A stretch of 64,000 bases of DNA from an uncultured Verrucomicrobiae bacterium (GTDB lineage: Bacteria; Verrucomicrobiota; Verrucomicrobiia; Chthoniobacterales; UBA10450). The notes under the pieces are model-generated. The model was not told the origin of the DNA. It saw only the letters and a program-made list of their open reading frames with translations, and searched no databases. This document shows, piece by piece, positions 38,139-48,534 of the stretch. The translations under genes were made by a program, and so were the position numbers. Every line of letters starts with the position of its first letter. The stretch's first letter is position 1. The stretch lies in NCBI GenBank assembly GCA_963756875.1, contig CAVWPA010000001.1, forward strand, positions 320,001 to 384,000, given 5' to 3'.

Positions 38139-39070
38139 GGCGTGGCGGCGAGCAGCTCGCGCGCCCGCCGAACATCGGCCTCGATCTGCTTCACCAGCGC
38201 ATCGACGTTTTCGAATCTCTTTTCCGGCCTGAGATGCCGGATGAATTGCACTTCCATCTCTTTGCCGTAAATGTCGCGGTCGAAATCGAGCAGGTGGATC
38301 TCCAGGACACGATGTTTCGCGTCTCCGCTGACGGTCGGCCGATAGCCGAGATTCACCAGGCCGGGGTAGCGAACGCCGTCGAATCTTGCTTCGGCAAAAT
38401 AAACTCCGTTCGGCGGGAATTGCTCGCTGTGGGCGCTCAGGTTCGCCGTCGGGAAGCCGATTTTCTTCCCGAGATTGTCGCCATGGATAACGGTTCCCAG
38501 AATCGTGTAATCGCGGCCCAGCATTTCAGCTGCCTTTGCAAAGTCGCCTTGTTCCACGGCGTGCCTGATGGCCGTGCTGCTGATGACTTCGCCGTTCAGC
38601 GTTACCGGCGGGATTCCAACAACGTCGAAGCGCAGGTGCGCTCCGAGTTTCTTGAGAAGATCCAGGTTTCCACGGCGATTTTTTCCAAATGACCATTGGT
38701 GCCCAACGCAAATTTCGCGCAGTGGTTTTGATTGCGCGACCAGTTGCCGGACGAAATCTTCCGGCTCGGTTTGGGCGAATTTGTTGTCGAAGGGAATGAT
38801 CAGGAGATGGTCCACGCCAAGATCGCGAATCAACGCAATCTTATGCTGGGTGGCGGTGAGCAAATGCGGCGCTGCCTGCGGTCGCAGCACTTTTTCGGGG
38901 TGCGGATCGAATGTGACGACTACCGGCATGCCATTGGCGGGTTTGGCGTGCTGGGCGGAAGTGGAAATAACGGCCTGATGTCCGCGGTGAACTCCGTCGA
39001 AGACGCCAATGGCCAGAAAGAGCGGGCCGGGCAAGCGCGACAGCTCGGGGATGGAATGAAGGAGTTCCAT
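38135..39070 (-). CDS. ribF: Riboflavin kinase / FAD synthetase
   Basis: IGVFDGVHRGHQ, TFDPHP, ISSTAIR, GFPTANL, GYRPT, EIHLLDF. Confidence 0.96.
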   Translation of the reverse strand: MELLHSIPELSRLPGPLFLAIGVFDGVHRGHQAVISTSAQHAKPANGMPVVVTFDPHPEKVLRPQAAPHLLTATQHKIALIRDLGVDHLLIIPFDNKFAQTEPEDFVRQLVAQSKPLREICVGHQWSFGKNRRGNLDLLKKLGAHLRFDVVGIPPVTLNGEVISSTAIRHAVEQGDFAKAAEMLGRDYTILGTVIHGDNLGKKIGFPTANLSAHSEQFPPNGVYFAEARFDGVRYPGLVNLGYRPTVSGDAKHRVLEIHLLDFDRDIYGKEMEVQFIRHLRPEKRFENVDALVKQIEADVRRARELLAATP

Positions 39071-39081
39071 CAGGGTCAGAA

Positions 39082-39204
39082 AGAAGCACCAAGCACCAAA
39101 CCCCAAGCACCAGGGAATCTCCAAGCTCTAATCTTCAATATCGCCCTTTGGTGCTTGATAATTGGTGCTTCTCTAGAGGTTGGCGCTTGGAGGTTGGTGC
39201 TTTT
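39082..39204. repeat. Inverted heptamer-array element, copy 2
   Basis: aagcacc aagcacc aaacccc aagcacc agggaatctccaa ... ttggtgcttctctagaggttggcgcttggaggttggtgcttt. Confidence 0.8.
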
Positions 39205-39206
39205 CA

Positions 39207-39929
39207 TTACGCTCCCCGCATCCGCGAGACTTCCGGAAGCGAGAGAATTCTGCGCACGATGTCTTCCGGTGACGCGCTCTGGATTTGGCCGACACTGATC
39301 GCGTTCGTAACATCGAACCGGCCCGACTTTGTCCGGCGCAACGATTTCAAATGTGCGCCGCAACCGAGCACCTCTCCGATATCGTGCACATAGGTGCGAA
39401 CATAGAAGCCTTTGCTGCAAACGACGCTGAAATCGATTTCGGGCGGAGCAATCCGGTCGATCGTATAACGATAAACGTGGACCAGGCGCGGTTCGCGCTC
39501 TACCACTTTTCCCTGGCGCGCGAGCTTGTAGAGAGGCACGCCGCCATGCTTTTTCGCGGAAACCATTGGCGGCATTTGATAAAAATCGCCGCGGAATTTT
39601 TCAAACGCGGCGCGAATTTCATTCTCGGTTAGTGCCGGTATGGGACGTTCGTTGATAATCTCGCCCTCACGATCCTGGGTACTGGTCGTGATGCCCAGCG
39701 TGAGTGTTCCGACATACTCCTTGTCTTCGCTCATGAGCAGGTCCTGGACTTTGGTCCCGCGGCCAATGGTCAACAGCAGCAAACCGGTTGCGATTGGATC
39801 AAGTGTTCCGCAATGACCAACTTTTTTGATTTGAAGTTTGCGCCGAACCAGGGCGACAACGTCGTGTGACGTCATGCCCCCGGCTTTATCGACGAGCAAC
39901 ACGCCGTCAGGAGTGGCAATCAAGGACAT
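39207..39929 (-). CDS. truB: tRNA pseudouridine(55) synthase
   Basis: DKAGGMTSHDVV, GHCGTLDP, PPMVSA, CSKGFYVR. Confidence 0.95.
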   Translation of the reverse strand: MSLIATPDGVLLVDKAGGMTSHDVVALVRRKLQIKKVGHCGTLDPIATGLLLLTIGRGTKVQDLLMSEDKEYVGTLTLGITTSTQDREGEIINERPIPALTENEIRAAFEKFRGDFYQMPPMVSAKKHGGVPLYKLARQGKVVEREPRLVHVYRYTIDRIAPPEIDFSVVCSKGFYVRTYVHDIGEVLGCGAHLKSLRRTKSGRFDVTNAISVGQIQSASPEDIVRRILSLPEVSRMRGA

Positions 39930-40908
39930 TGCTAATTGCCTCCAGGACTTTCTTTTCTGCTTCGGCGAGCGTGCCGCGCATGCGCGCCCCGGCCGCACGT
40001 TTGTGGCCGCCGCCTCCAAACTGAGCGCAAATTGCGCAGACGTCGGCCGCGTCGTTTTTTGAGCGCATGCTGATGCGCACCTTGCCGCCGGTGAGCTCCT
40101 CAAAAAAGACGGCGACAACGACTCCACGGATGGCGCGAAGATGATCGATGAGGCCCTCGTTGTCTTCCGGTAAAACCTCCAGTTTTCTCGCCAAATTCAG
40201 ACTTAAAGAAAAACTGGCGATCCGGCCGTGGCACTCAAAACGCATGGTGGCAAGGAGCTCCCGAAGCAACTCAATCCGGCGACGCGGATAGCTTTCGTAC
40301 AGCTGCTGGCTGACGCGGCCCACATCGATTCCAATACGCACGAGCCTGGCGGCAATCTCAAATGTCCGCGCAGTCGTGTTCGGATACTGAAATGAACCGG
40401 TGTCGGTCGAAATCGCGACGAAAAGATTTTCCGCGATATCGGGATTCACCGGCAATTTTTGATCCTCCATTAATTCAAAAACGATTTGGCCGGTCGCGGG
40501 CGCGGTTGGATCGATATGAACAATGTCGCCGTAGCCGGGGTTGCTCGAATGATGGTCGATATTGATCCAGACTTTGGCGGAGCGGATCGCGGCAACCGTT
40601 GTGCCAAGGCGATTTTGGACGGCGGTGTCGAGCGCGACTACGACATCGACATCTTCGGGCGCAGCGGGTGGTTTTGTAAGCAAGCCGGCGCTCGGAACAA
40701 AGTTGTACTTTTCGAGCATGCCATCCTCATTCCAGACGCGGACATCCTTGCCGAGTTGTTTTAAAGAAAGCGCCAGCGCGATCTGGCTGCCAAGCGCGTC
40801 GCCATCGGGGCGAACGTGGCTGAGAATGGCAAAGCGTTGATGTTCCCGCAGCGCCCTGCCGATCTCATCGAATTTGGAAGTAGTCATTGAATCAGCCGCG
40901 GCATTCAC
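39907..40908 (-). CDS. nrnA: DHH/DHHA1 oligoribonuclease / PAP phosphatase
   Basis: HVRPDGDA, IDHH, STDTGSF, GGGGHKRAAG. Confidence 0.92.
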   Translation of the reverse strand: MNAAADSMTTSKFDEIGRALREHQRFAILSHVRPDGDALGSQIALALSLKQLGKDVRVWNEDGMLEKYNFVPSAGLLTKPPAAPEDVDVVVALDTAVQNRLGTTVAAIRSAKVWINIDHHSSNPGYGDIVHIDPTAPATGQIVFELMEDQKLPVNPDIAENLFVAISTDTGSFQYPNTTARTFEIAARLVRIGIDVGRVSQQLYESYPRRRIELLRELLATMRFECHGRIASFSLSLNLARKLEVLPEDNEGLIDHLRAIRGVVVAVFFEELTGGKVRISMRSKNDAADVCAICAQFGGGGHKRAAGARMRGTLAEAEKKVLEAISNVLDCHS

Positions 40909-41261
40909 GTGCTCTCGCCATCGTTGCCCGGTGTTTCGATTTCCCGCAGGATTTCGATGACACGAGAGCCGCGAGCAATGGAATCGTCGAGATGAAACAA
41001 AAGATGCGGTGTGTACTTCATCGTAAGGTGGCGCCCCAACTCGGATTGCAGCAGCGGCCGATGGGATTCAAGTTTGCTGACAACGGCCGCGCCTTTTTCG
41101 GGTCTTAGAACGCTGACGAACACGTGCGCATTTTTCAGGTCGGCGGTCACGTCGACGTGATTGATGCTGACCAGCGCGCCCTCGAAATTGATTTCACGCG
41201 TGATAATGCCACTCAGCTCTCTTTTGACCAGCTCGTTTACGCGCAATAATCGATGTTTCAT
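40905..41261 (-). CDS. rbfA: Ribosome-binding factor A
   Basis: RLLRV...VTADLKNAHVFVS...KYTPHLLFHLDDS. Confidence 0.93.
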   Translation of the reverse strand: MKHRLLRVNELVKRELSGIITREINFEGALVSINHVDVTADLKNAHVFVSVLRPEKGAAVVSKLESHRPLLQSELGRHLTMKYTPHLLFHLDDSIARGSRVIEILREIETPGNDGEST

Positions 41262-41269
41262 AAAATTAT

Positions 41270-41320
41270 TGTAGGGCGTTTCTGCGAAACGCCGGCGTCC
41301 GCCGCGGCGGACGCCCTACA
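41270..41320. repeat. GTAG REP doublet between infB and rbfA
   Basis: TGTAGGGCGT ... ACGCCCTACA; contains the infB TAG stop. Confidence 0.8.
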
Positions 41321-43553
41321 GTTTTTGCGCGACTTGCTCGAGTTGGTAGCACTCAATCACGTCGCCGACCTGGTATTCGCTGAAATCGCCAAGCTTGATG
41401 CCGCATTCCAGCCCGGAACGGACTTCCTTCACGTCGTCCTGGAAGCGGCGCAGTGTCGAAATTCCGCCGTCGTACACCGGTTGGCGCCGGCGAAGGATGC
41501 GCGCACGAGCGATTCGCGCAACGCGGCCATCGGTTACCAGACAACCGGCAACGATCCCTCTGCTCAACTCGAAAACTTGTTTTACCTCGGCATGACCGAT
41601 CACCGTTTCGCGATGCTCCGGTTCGAGCATTCCGGCCATTGCCTCCTTCATCTGATCGATCAGCTCGTAAATAATGCTGTAAAGCTTGACCTGGATGCCT
41701 TCGCTTCGCGCGGCCGAAACCGCCATGCTCTCGACTTTGACATTGAAGCCGACAACGACGGCATTTGATGCGCTGGCCAGCAAAATGTCCGACTCGGAAA
41801 TCGGGCCGACTCCTGAGTGAATGATTTCCAGATCGATCTTTTTGCTTTCGATCTGTTGCAGCGCGCCAACCAGTGCCTCGACAGAACCTTGTGTGTCGCA
41901 CTTCAAAACGATGCGTAAAACTTTCTTGCCGTCTGCCGCCTCCAGCAGACTCTCGAGCGTGGCCCGCTGCGGCACAGTCAGCTTGTCGGCGCGCTTGGCC
42001 TCGAGCCGTTCCTCGCTCAAGGTTTTCGCGGCCCGCTCCGATTCCATCACCAAAAATTCGTCGCCAGCGTTGGGTAGACCGGTGAACCCGAGTACTTTGA
42101 CCGCCATGGAGAGATCTGCCTCCTTGACCGGCTGCCCTTGATCGTCCATGAGCGATTTCACCTTTCCCCAGTAATCGCCGCAGATGAACGCTTCACCGAT
42201 TTCGACTGTGCCCATTTGCACGATGACAGTCGCTGTCGGGCCGCGTCCCGGTTCCACTTGCGCTTCAATCACGGTGCCGCGCGGTGTCGCTGTGGGTGAG
42301 GCCTTCAGTTCCATCACTTCAGCCTGCAACACCATCATCTCGAGCAGGTGATCGATGCCGGTCCCGCGGGTTGCGGAAACTTCGCAGACAATTGTTTCGC
42401 CGCCCCAATCTTCAGGGCTGAGGCCCTTTTCCTGTAATTGCTTTTTCACTCTGTCGATGTTGGCGCCGGGTAAATCGATCTTGTTGATCGCCACCATGAT
42501 CTTCACGTGCGGCGCAGCTTTGGCGTGGTTGATCGCTTCGATCGTCTGCGGCATGAGACCGTCATCCGCGGCGACAACCAGCACCACGATGTCGGTGACA
42601 TGCGCCCCACGTGCGCGCATTGCGGTAAAAGCAGCATGGCCGGGCGTATCGATAAAGGTGATGTTGTGTCCCTTGTACTGGACTGTGTAGGCCCCGATAT
42701 GTTGCGTGATCCCGCCTGCTTCCCCGGCGGCTACGCGCGTTTTGCGAATCGCATCCATGAGCGTCGTTTTGCCGTGATCGACATGGCCCATGAACGTGAT
42801 GATGGGTGCGCGCGGCTTGAGTTCTTCCTTCTTCGCGATGACCGGCGGCGGCGGTGCGACCACGACCTGTTCGACCTTGTGCACGCCGGCGCCTTTCTCA
42901 CGCCGCTCCTTTTCGAGCACGAAACCGTGACTCTCGGCGACCTTTGCGGCGATGTCCGGCTCGACTGTTTGATTGATGTTTGCGAAAATGTTGAACGACA
43001 TCAGCTCGGCGATGAGCTGGTGCGGTTTTATGCCGAGTTCGTTCGAAAGCTGTTTAACGATGATTGGCGGCTTGATGTGAATGACATTGCGCGGCTCCTC
43101 TTCGGCCGCGGCCTCCGGAGGTGGAGCTGTCTCCGTGGCAGCATCGACGGCCGCACTTTTTGGAGCGGGAGGTTCGGGCTTTGCGACCGGTGTTTGACTT
43201 TTCGGCGAGACCGCGGGCGCCTCCAGCGAGGCGCGAATGCGTGAGATCGGAGGCAGAATCGTGGTTTTCTTCTTGATCTCGCCGTCACCCGATTTGTTTT
43301 GCCGCTTTTTTTCATCGATAAGCGAAACGCTTTCGACAACTTGATGAGCCGGCTTCGGTTTTGCCGCTGGCTTCGTTGCGGCTTCCTGAGCTGCCGGCGC
43401 TTTTCGGTGCGCAGCGGTTCCGCCGTGTGCCGGCTTTGCGTGCGCCGCCGTCTTTTTGGTCGCTACCTTAGCCTTGGAACCGGCAGGCTTGCGAGAAACA
43501 GTAGCCTTGGATGCGGACTTGGCCGTCGCCTTTGCTTTGGTCTTGGTTGGCAT
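41316..43553 (-). CDS. infB: Translation initiation factor IF-2
   Basis: [28 protein letters not shown]; Lys/Ala-rich N-terminus. Confidence 0.98.
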   Translation of the reverse strand: MPTKTKAKATAKSASKATVSRKPAGSKAKVATKKTAAHAKPAHGGTAAHRKAPAAQEAATKPAAKPKPAHQVVESVSLIDEKKRQNKSGDGEIKKKTTILPPISRIRASLEAPAVSPKSQTPVAKPEPPAPKSAAVDAATETAPPPEAAAEEEPRNVIHIKPPIIVKQLSNELGIKPHQLIAELMSFNIFANINQTVEPDIAAKVAESHGFVLEKERREKGAGVHKVEQVVVAPPPPVIAKKEELKPRAPIITFMGHVDHGKTTLMDAIRKTRVAAGEAGGITQHIGAYTVQYKGHNITFIDTPGHAAFTAMRARGAHVTDIVVLVVAADDGLMPQTIEAINHAKAAPHVKIMVAINKIDLPGANIDRVKKQLQEKGLSPEDWGGETIVCEVSATRGTGIDHLLEMMVLQAEVMELKASPTATPRGTVIEAQVEPGRGPTATVIVQMGTVEIGEAFICGDYWGKVKSLMDDQGQPVKEADLSMAVKVLGFTGLPNAGDEFLVMESERAAKTLSEERLEAKRADKLTVPQRATLESLLEAADGKKVLRIVLKCDTQGSVEALVGALQQIESKKIDLEIIHSGVGPISESDILLASASNAVVVGFNVKVESMAVSAARSEGIQVKLYSIIYELIDQMKEAMAGMLEPEHRETVIGHAEVKQVFELSRGIVAGCLVTDGRVARIARARILRRRQPVYDGGISTLRRFQDDVKEVRSGLECGIKLGDFSEYQVGDVIECYQLEQVAQKL

Positions 43554-43591
43554 TTCTGTTCCTCTAAAAATTCTCTCATGGCTCGAGCGTG

Positions 43592-44857
43592 TTAGGCTGA
43601 GCCGGCTTTCTGCGGTTCATCTTGCCGATGGAGCGCATCGTAAATCTCGCGCGCTTTCGTCTCATCCACAGCGAGAATGTCCACAAAATCCTGAATATCG
43701 GCTGCGTGCAAACCTTCCAGGTTTGTAAAGCCGGATTTCACCAGCGAGGTGGCTTGTTCGTCGGTAATCGGGAGGGCACCGGCGAGCGTTTGGGCAGCCT
43801 GGGCAACCTTCTGCTCCACCGCCGTCGTGGCCGAAGTGTCTTTATCAATGTTGATCTCCCAGCCGGTAAGCCGTGAGGTCAACCGCGCGTTTTGCCCTTT
43901 TTTGCCAATCGCCAGCGAGAGTTGATCTTCGTCCACGGAAATCTGTACGCTCTTTTTCTCCGTATCGAAGGTCATGTTTTTGATCTTCGCCGGCTTGAGC
44001 GCTTCCAGGACGTATTCGCGCGGATCGGAGCTCCAACGGATGATGTCCACTTTTTCGTTGTTTAGCTCGCGCACGATGTTCTTCACGCGGGAGCCACGCA
44101 TCCCGACGCACGCGCCCACGGGATCCACTTTTTCATTTGCGCTCGAGACCGCGATTTTCGTTCGATAACCTGCTTCCCTCGCAATCCCGCGGATCTCGAC
44201 AGTACCGTCCGCAATTTCGCTCACCTCCAGTTCGAAAAGGCGGCGGACAAAATTCGGGTGACTTCGCGATATAATGATCTCGGGTCCGCGCAGTCCGTTT
44301 TCCACGGCGACAACGTACGCGCGCAAGCGGTCGCCGACGTTGTAATCCTCCACCACCACGCGTTCGCGTTGCGGCATGACCGCTTCAAATTTGCCAAGAT
44401 CGAGGATCACGTCCGAGCGATCGAAACGGCGCACCGTTCCGCTGACGATCTCGCCCGCACGGTCCTTGAACTCTTCGTAAATCATTTCCTTCTCGACCTG
44501 GCGGATTCGCTGCATCATCGCCTGCTTGGCAGTCTGGGCTGCGATCCGGCCGAAATTTCGAGGCGTCACTTCGATCTCGATGCTATCGCCGATCTTCGCG
44601 TCGGGCTTGATCCTGCGCGCCTTGGTCAGCGCGATCTGGTCCTGCGGGTTGTCCACGTTTTCTACTACGAGCAAATTGGCGAGCGCGCGGATGTCGCCCG
44701 ACTTAGGATCGATGTCGATGCGCAGTTCCCGCGCGGCCCCCACGCTTTTCTTGGAAGCGGAAAGGAGCGCATTGGAGACCGCCTCGATCAGGATTTCGCG
44801 TTTAATTCCGCGCTCCCGCTCCAGGTAGTCGAGCATGGCAAGAAACTCTACGTTCAT
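43592..44857 (-). CDS. nusA: Transcription factor NusA
   Basis: FGRIAAQTAKQ, AREAGYRTKIAV, DPVGACVG.RGSR, LAIGKKGQNARL. Confidence 0.98.
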   Translation of the reverse strand: MNVEFLAMLDYLERERGIKREILIEAVSNALLSASKKSVGAARELRIDIDPKSGDIRALANLLVVENVDNPQDQIALTKARRIKPDAKIGDSIEIEVTPRNFGRIAAQTAKQAMMQRIRQVEKEMIYEEFKDRAGEIVSGTVRRFDRSDVILDLGKFEAVMPQRERVVVEDYNVGDRLRAYVVAVENGLRGPEIIISRSHPNFVRRLFELEVSEIADGTVEIRGIAREAGYRTKIAVSSANEKVDPVGACVGMRGSRVKNIVRELNNEKVDIIRWSSDPREYVLEALKPAKIKNMTFDTEKKSVQISVDEDQLSLAIGKKGQNARLTSRLTGWEINIDKDTSATTAVEQKVAQAAQTLAGALPITDEQATSLVKSGFTNLEGLHAADIQDFVDILAVDETKAREIYDALHRQDEPQKAGSA

Positions 44858-44866
44858 AAAACATCC

Positions 44867-44921
44867 AGTCCGCAGACTAAAAAGAGTGGGACATCAATTC
44901 CCACTCCCTTCAGCGCGGACT
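44867..44921 (-). terminator. rimP-leader-like attenuator hairpin in the nusA 5' UTR
   Basis: Minus strand GAGTGGGA-ATTGATG-TCCCACTC-TTTTT, enclosed by AGTCCGC/GCGGACT. Confidence 0.7.
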
Positions 44922-44929
44922 CGACCCTG

Positions 44930-44958
44930 AATTTACCGTTTTGCGACGGCGTCGTCAA
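44930..44958 (-). promoter_or_regulatory. Sigma70 promoter of the nusA operon
   Basis: TTGACG - 17 nt - TAAATT on the minus strand. Confidence 0.7.
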
Positions 44959-45006
44959 GCCGAGGGTTGAATGCCCGGCGTTAAACGTCCAACATTCAAC
45001 GCCTCA

Positions 45007-46440
45007 ATGACTTCGCGAACGGGCAGTTTGTCGATTGTGCTCCTGGTTTGGGCGGCGATTTATTTGCCCGGCCTTGGGTCGCTCCCGATTAAAGGGGAAG
45101 AAGGTCGCAGGATTTTGCCGGCAATTTCAATGCTGCGGACCGGTAATTACGTCGTGCCGCAAGTCGGCGGGGAAACATATTTTAGTAAGCCCCCTCTCGT
45201 GAACTGGCTGGTTGCCGCGTCATTCAAGCTCTTCGGCCGGCGTAACGAATGGACCGCGCGTTTGCCGTCCGCGCTTTGCGTGCTTGCGGTCGCACTTGCC
45301 TTCGCCACAATGGCCCGCCGGGGAAGTCTCGGCTCGCGCGGATCGACGGTCGCTGCACTCATGTGGCTGACAAACGCCGGGATGATTGAGAAAGGCCGAT
45401 TGATCGAGATCGAGGCGCTGTACGTTTCGCTTTGCGCGCTGGCAATCATTTTCTGGCTAACTTTTTGGGAGCAAAAGAAATCCGCATGGCTCGTTTGGAT
45501 TCCCGCTTCCATTTTTCTCGGCCTGGGATGCCTCGCCAAGGGGCCCGTTCACATTATCTTTTTCTACGCGATCGTCATCGCTGTAATCTGGCAGACCAGG
45601 AATTGGCGCCTGTTATTTAGTCCCGCGCACTTCGTCGCGGTCCTCGTTATGCTCGGGATTTTCGCAGCGTGGGCGGTCCCGTTCGCGCACGTCACCGGCG
45701 GCGCGCATGCCGCTGCCAAATGGTCCTTTCAGTTCGCCGGCCGGCTCACTGGGCGCGACTTTGAATTTCTCCACTGGATCAGGAACATTCCGCAAGGTCT
45801 CGTCTATTTTTTGCCCTGGACGGTTCTGTTGCCGCTCGTTCGGTTCGACATTTTTGTGAACGAACATGACCGGGGGCTGGCGCGCGGCCTTGCATGGGGA
45901 GCGATCGTGCCGTTTGTCGTTATTAATCTGATACCGGGATCGCTTCCGCGTTACGCGATGCCGGCCCTTGTTCCCGCCTGCTGGCTGCTGGCGATGACTT
46001 TGTGCGCGGGAAATGCCGCATGGCCGGGCTGGCTGACCGGCCGGTCATTTTCACAGAGAGCTCGGCAGCGAACCGTGGCGGTCTTTGTGATCCTCACTTG
46101 TGTATGCATGAGTGCGTACGGAGTGCTGATCATTCCTCGATTACACAGCCGGGAGAACGTGAAGCGCTTTGCCGCGCAAATCGACGCAATCGTTCCGCGC
46201 TCGGAACCGCTATATGCGCTGAACCCCGATTATCAGCCGATCTTCTTCTATATGCATTCGAAGCTGGTCTATGTGGAGAAGATGGACGATTTGCCGGGTA
46301 ACCCCGTCTATCTGCTGGTGCGGCCGAAAAAGGAGCAAGCGGTGCTGGAAAGCAATCGTTGGGCGCCGCGCCATGCGCACCCCGTCCTTCTGGCGACGGA
46401 TTACCGGAAGCAGTCGATTATCCTGATCAAGATCGAGTGA
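45007..46440 (+). CDS. ArnT-family (GT39/GT83) membrane glycosyltransferase
   Basis: EEGRR, YFSKPPLVNWL, EWTARLPSA, LAKGPV, YFLPW, RYAMP; many TM helices. Confidence 0.85.
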   Translation: MTSRTGSLSIVLLVWAAIYLPGLGSLPIKGEEGRRILPAISMLRTGNYVVPQVGGETYFSKPPLVNWLVAASFKLFGRRNEWTARLPSALCVLAVALAFATMARRGSLGSRGSTVAALMWLTNAGMIEKGRLIEIEALYVSLCALAIIFWLTFWEQKKSAWLVWIPASIFLGLGCLAKGPVHIIFFYAIVIAVIWQTRNWRLLFSPAHFVAVLVMLGIFAAWAVPFAHVTGGAHAAAKWSFQFAGRLTGRDFEFLHWIRNIPQGLVYFLPWTVLLPLVRFDIFVNEHDRGLARGLAWGAIVPFVVINLIPGSLPRYAMPALVPACWLLAMTLCAGNAAWPGWLTGRSFSQRARQRTVAVFVILTCVCMSAYGVLIIPRLHSRENVKRFAAQIDAIVPRSEPLYALNPDYQPIFFYMHSKLVYVEKMDDLPGNPVYLLVRPKKEQAVLESNRWAPRHAHPVLLATDYRKQSIILIKIE

Positions 46441-46470
46441 GGCATCGGTTCGTTTGACAGGGCCGGATTG

Positions 46471-46484
46471 GTTAGCATGCTAAC
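46471..46484. promoter_or_regulatory. Palindromic putative MarR operator, copy 1
   Basis: GTTAGCATGCTAAC, a perfect 14-bp palindrome, identical at 47951-47964. Confidence 0.65.
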
Positions 46485-46499
46485 TAATCTTTCCACTAC

Positions 46500-46625
46500 T
46501 TGAAAGCTGACCTGGAAACGTTCGGTCCTTTGCTGCATGGCACGGCGCGCGCCTGGCACTTGAAGCTCGACGAGCGGCTCGCCGGGGATGCTGCGGGGCA
46601 TGCCGTGTCGCTGCGGCTGATCTAA
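46500..46625 (+). pseudogene. Truncated duplicate of the marR 5' end
   Basis: TTG start MKADLETFGPLLHGTARAWHLKLDERL matches marR codons 1-27, then diverges and stops after 41 aa. Confidence 0.8.
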
Positions 46626-46636
46626 TCTTGCGGGCG

Positions 46637-47710
46637 ATGCGTATCGGGATCTGTGCGTTCTGGTTCAACCGCGGGCAGGGCGTGATCGCCCGCCAGCTCC
46701 GCTCCGCTCTCGATCAACTTGGACACCAGACATTCGTGCTCGGACGGCCGACCAGGGATAACTTCGCGATGCCGCAACGGGCGCGGGGCGACGACGTCTG
46801 GGCACAGCAGGGGGTGACGCCGGCCTCGAGCTTCTTCATCGGTGCCGACGAGCTGGTCGGCTGGGCGCGCGAGCACGAACTCGAGGGTTGCTTCTTCGAC
46901 CAGAACTACGAGTTCGAGGCGATCGAGGCACTGCGGCGTGCGGGCACCCGAACGATTGGCCGCTTCGTCTGGGAGCAGTTCTCGAACGAGCACGTCGCCG
47001 ATGCGCGCCGTGCCTACGACCTGGTCTATTCGATGACCCACGCCGAGCGCGAGCGGTACGCCACGATGGGGATCGAGGCGCCCTTCCTGCAGTGGGGAAT
47101 CCACCCCGACTACCTCGTCTATACACCGCATCGGCCGGCCGACGGCACCGCGGTGTTCCACTACCACGCCGGCCTGCTCGGCAAACGCAAGCCGTTCAAG
47201 GAGGTCATCGAAGCATTCAACGCGGCCCGCGGCGAAGGGCTGCGTCTGATCGTCAAGGCGCAGATCGAGCGCTGGATGGACTACCTGAAGAAGGCGGCGA
47301 AGACGGACCCGCGGATCAAGTTGGTAATCGAGGACCTGCCGACTGCCCGGCATCTGCAGATGTGCGCCGACGCTCACGTCTGTATGGCACCGGCCCGATG
47401 GGAGGGACTTGGACTGCACCTCTATGAGGCAATCGCCTTCGGACAGCCGATCGTCTGCAACGATGATCCGCCGATGAACGAACTCATCGAGGACGAGGTC
47501 AGCGGCCTGCTCATCGGCTCCCACGAGGACGGCAAGGCGAACTCCGGGATCCCGGCGAAGACGGTCGACGTGCCCGCGTTGACCAGGGCGATCGAGCGGC
47601 TCGCCGATCCGGCCCTGCGGACCAAGCTCGAGGCTGGAGCGCTACGCAAGCGCGAGCAGCTCAGTTGGGAGCGGACGGTCGTCTCGGTCGGCGAATTGCT
47701 GAGGCGCTAG
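46637..47710 (+). CDS. GT4-like glycosyltransferase, GC-richer than its neighbours
   Basis: MRIGI..., KRKP, ARWEGLGLHLYEAIAFGQPIV...PPMNELI (EX7E motif); codons strongly G/C-ending. Confidence 0.85.
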   Translation: MRIGICAFWFNRGQGVIARQLRSALDQLGHQTFVLGRPTRDNFAMPQRARGDDVWAQQGVTPASSFFIGADELVGWAREHELEGCFFDQNYEFEAIEALRRAGTRTIGRFVWEQFSNEHVADARRAYDLVYSMTHAERERYATMGIEAPFLQWGIHPDYLVYTPHRPADGTAVFHYHAGLLGKRKPFKEVIEAFNAARGEGLRLIVKAQIERWMDYLKKAAKTDPRIKLVIEDLPTARHLQMCADAHVCMAPARWEGLGLHLYEAIAFGQPIVCNDDPPMNELIEDEVSGLLIGSHEDGKANSGIPAKTVDVPALTRAIERLADPALRTKLEAGALRKREQLSWERTVVSVGELLRR

Positions 47711-47950
47711 CGCCCAATCTGCGGACCTGAGCGACGCGATGGTCTTGTTCTGGAGAAAGCGGCTCGGCGAGCCGCCGCTGTTGTCGGTGATCGTCGGGTT
47801 CGGGCGATCGATTAGCGGCGGCAGTCGATTATTTTGATCAGGATGGAATAAGACGTTGGTTCGTTAGGGTTTCCGGTTCTGGGCGTTCTGTAGGGTGCTC
47901 TATTGCGATCCAGTTCCCTGATCGTTTGACAGGGGCCGGGAGTCGGATTG

Positions 47951-47964
47951 GTTAGCATGCTAAC
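47951..47964. promoter_or_regulatory. Palindromic putative MarR operator, copy 2
   Basis: GTTAGCATGCTAAC, 15 nt upstream of the marR TTG. Confidence 0.7.
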
Positions 47965-47979
47965 TAATCTTCCAACTGC

Positions 47980-48534
47980 TTGAAAGCTGACCCGGAAACG
48001 TTCGGTCCTTTGCTGCATGGCACTGCGCGCGCCTGGCGTCTGAAGCTCGACCAGCGGCTCAAGCCCATGGGATTGAGTCAGGCCAAATGGCGCACGTTGC
48101 TGCATCTTTCAGTGGCCCCGCGCAGGCTGACCCAGTCGGAGATCGCAGCGCGGCTCGGGATCGAAGAGCCGACCCTGGTCACCCTGCTGCATCGCCTGGA
48201 GAGAGACGGATGGGTCGAGCGAAAGCACTCACCGGACGATCGGCGCTGCAAAATTGTCCACCTCGGCTGGCGTGCCCGTGGCGTCATCGCGCAGATCAAC
48301 CAGACAGCAAACGAACTTCGGCAAGAGTTATTGGCGAACATTCCCCAGCCCGAACTGCGCACCTGCATCCGCGTCCTGACCCAGATTTACCGGCGTGCGG
48401 AAAAAGGAAATGGATCCCCGCGCGGCACGGCTGCCGCTTCGCGTGAACGCTCCGAACGAAACGGTCAGAATGGCAATGAACGTGCGATTAATAGAGTAAA
48501 GGGAACGCGTCGCGTCGCGCGTAAATCGAAATGA
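47980..48534 (+). CDS. MarR/SlyA-family regulator
   Basis: LTQSEIAARLGIEEPTLVTLLHRLERDGWVER...DDRRCK. Confidence 0.92.
   Translation: MKADPETFGPLLHGTARAWRLKLDQRLKPMGLSQAKWRTLLHLSVAPRRLTQSEIAARLGIEEPTLVTLLHRLERDGWVERKHSPDDRRCKIVHLGWRARGVIAQINQTANELRQELLANIPQPELRTCIRVLTQIYRRAEKGNGSPRGTAAASRERSERNGQNGNERAINRVKGTRRVARKSK

Noticed and set aside
43300..43553. Separate histone-like gene upstream of infB
   Set aside because: The Lys/Ala-rich stretch is in frame with IF-2, whose N-terminus is commonly variable and low-complexity.
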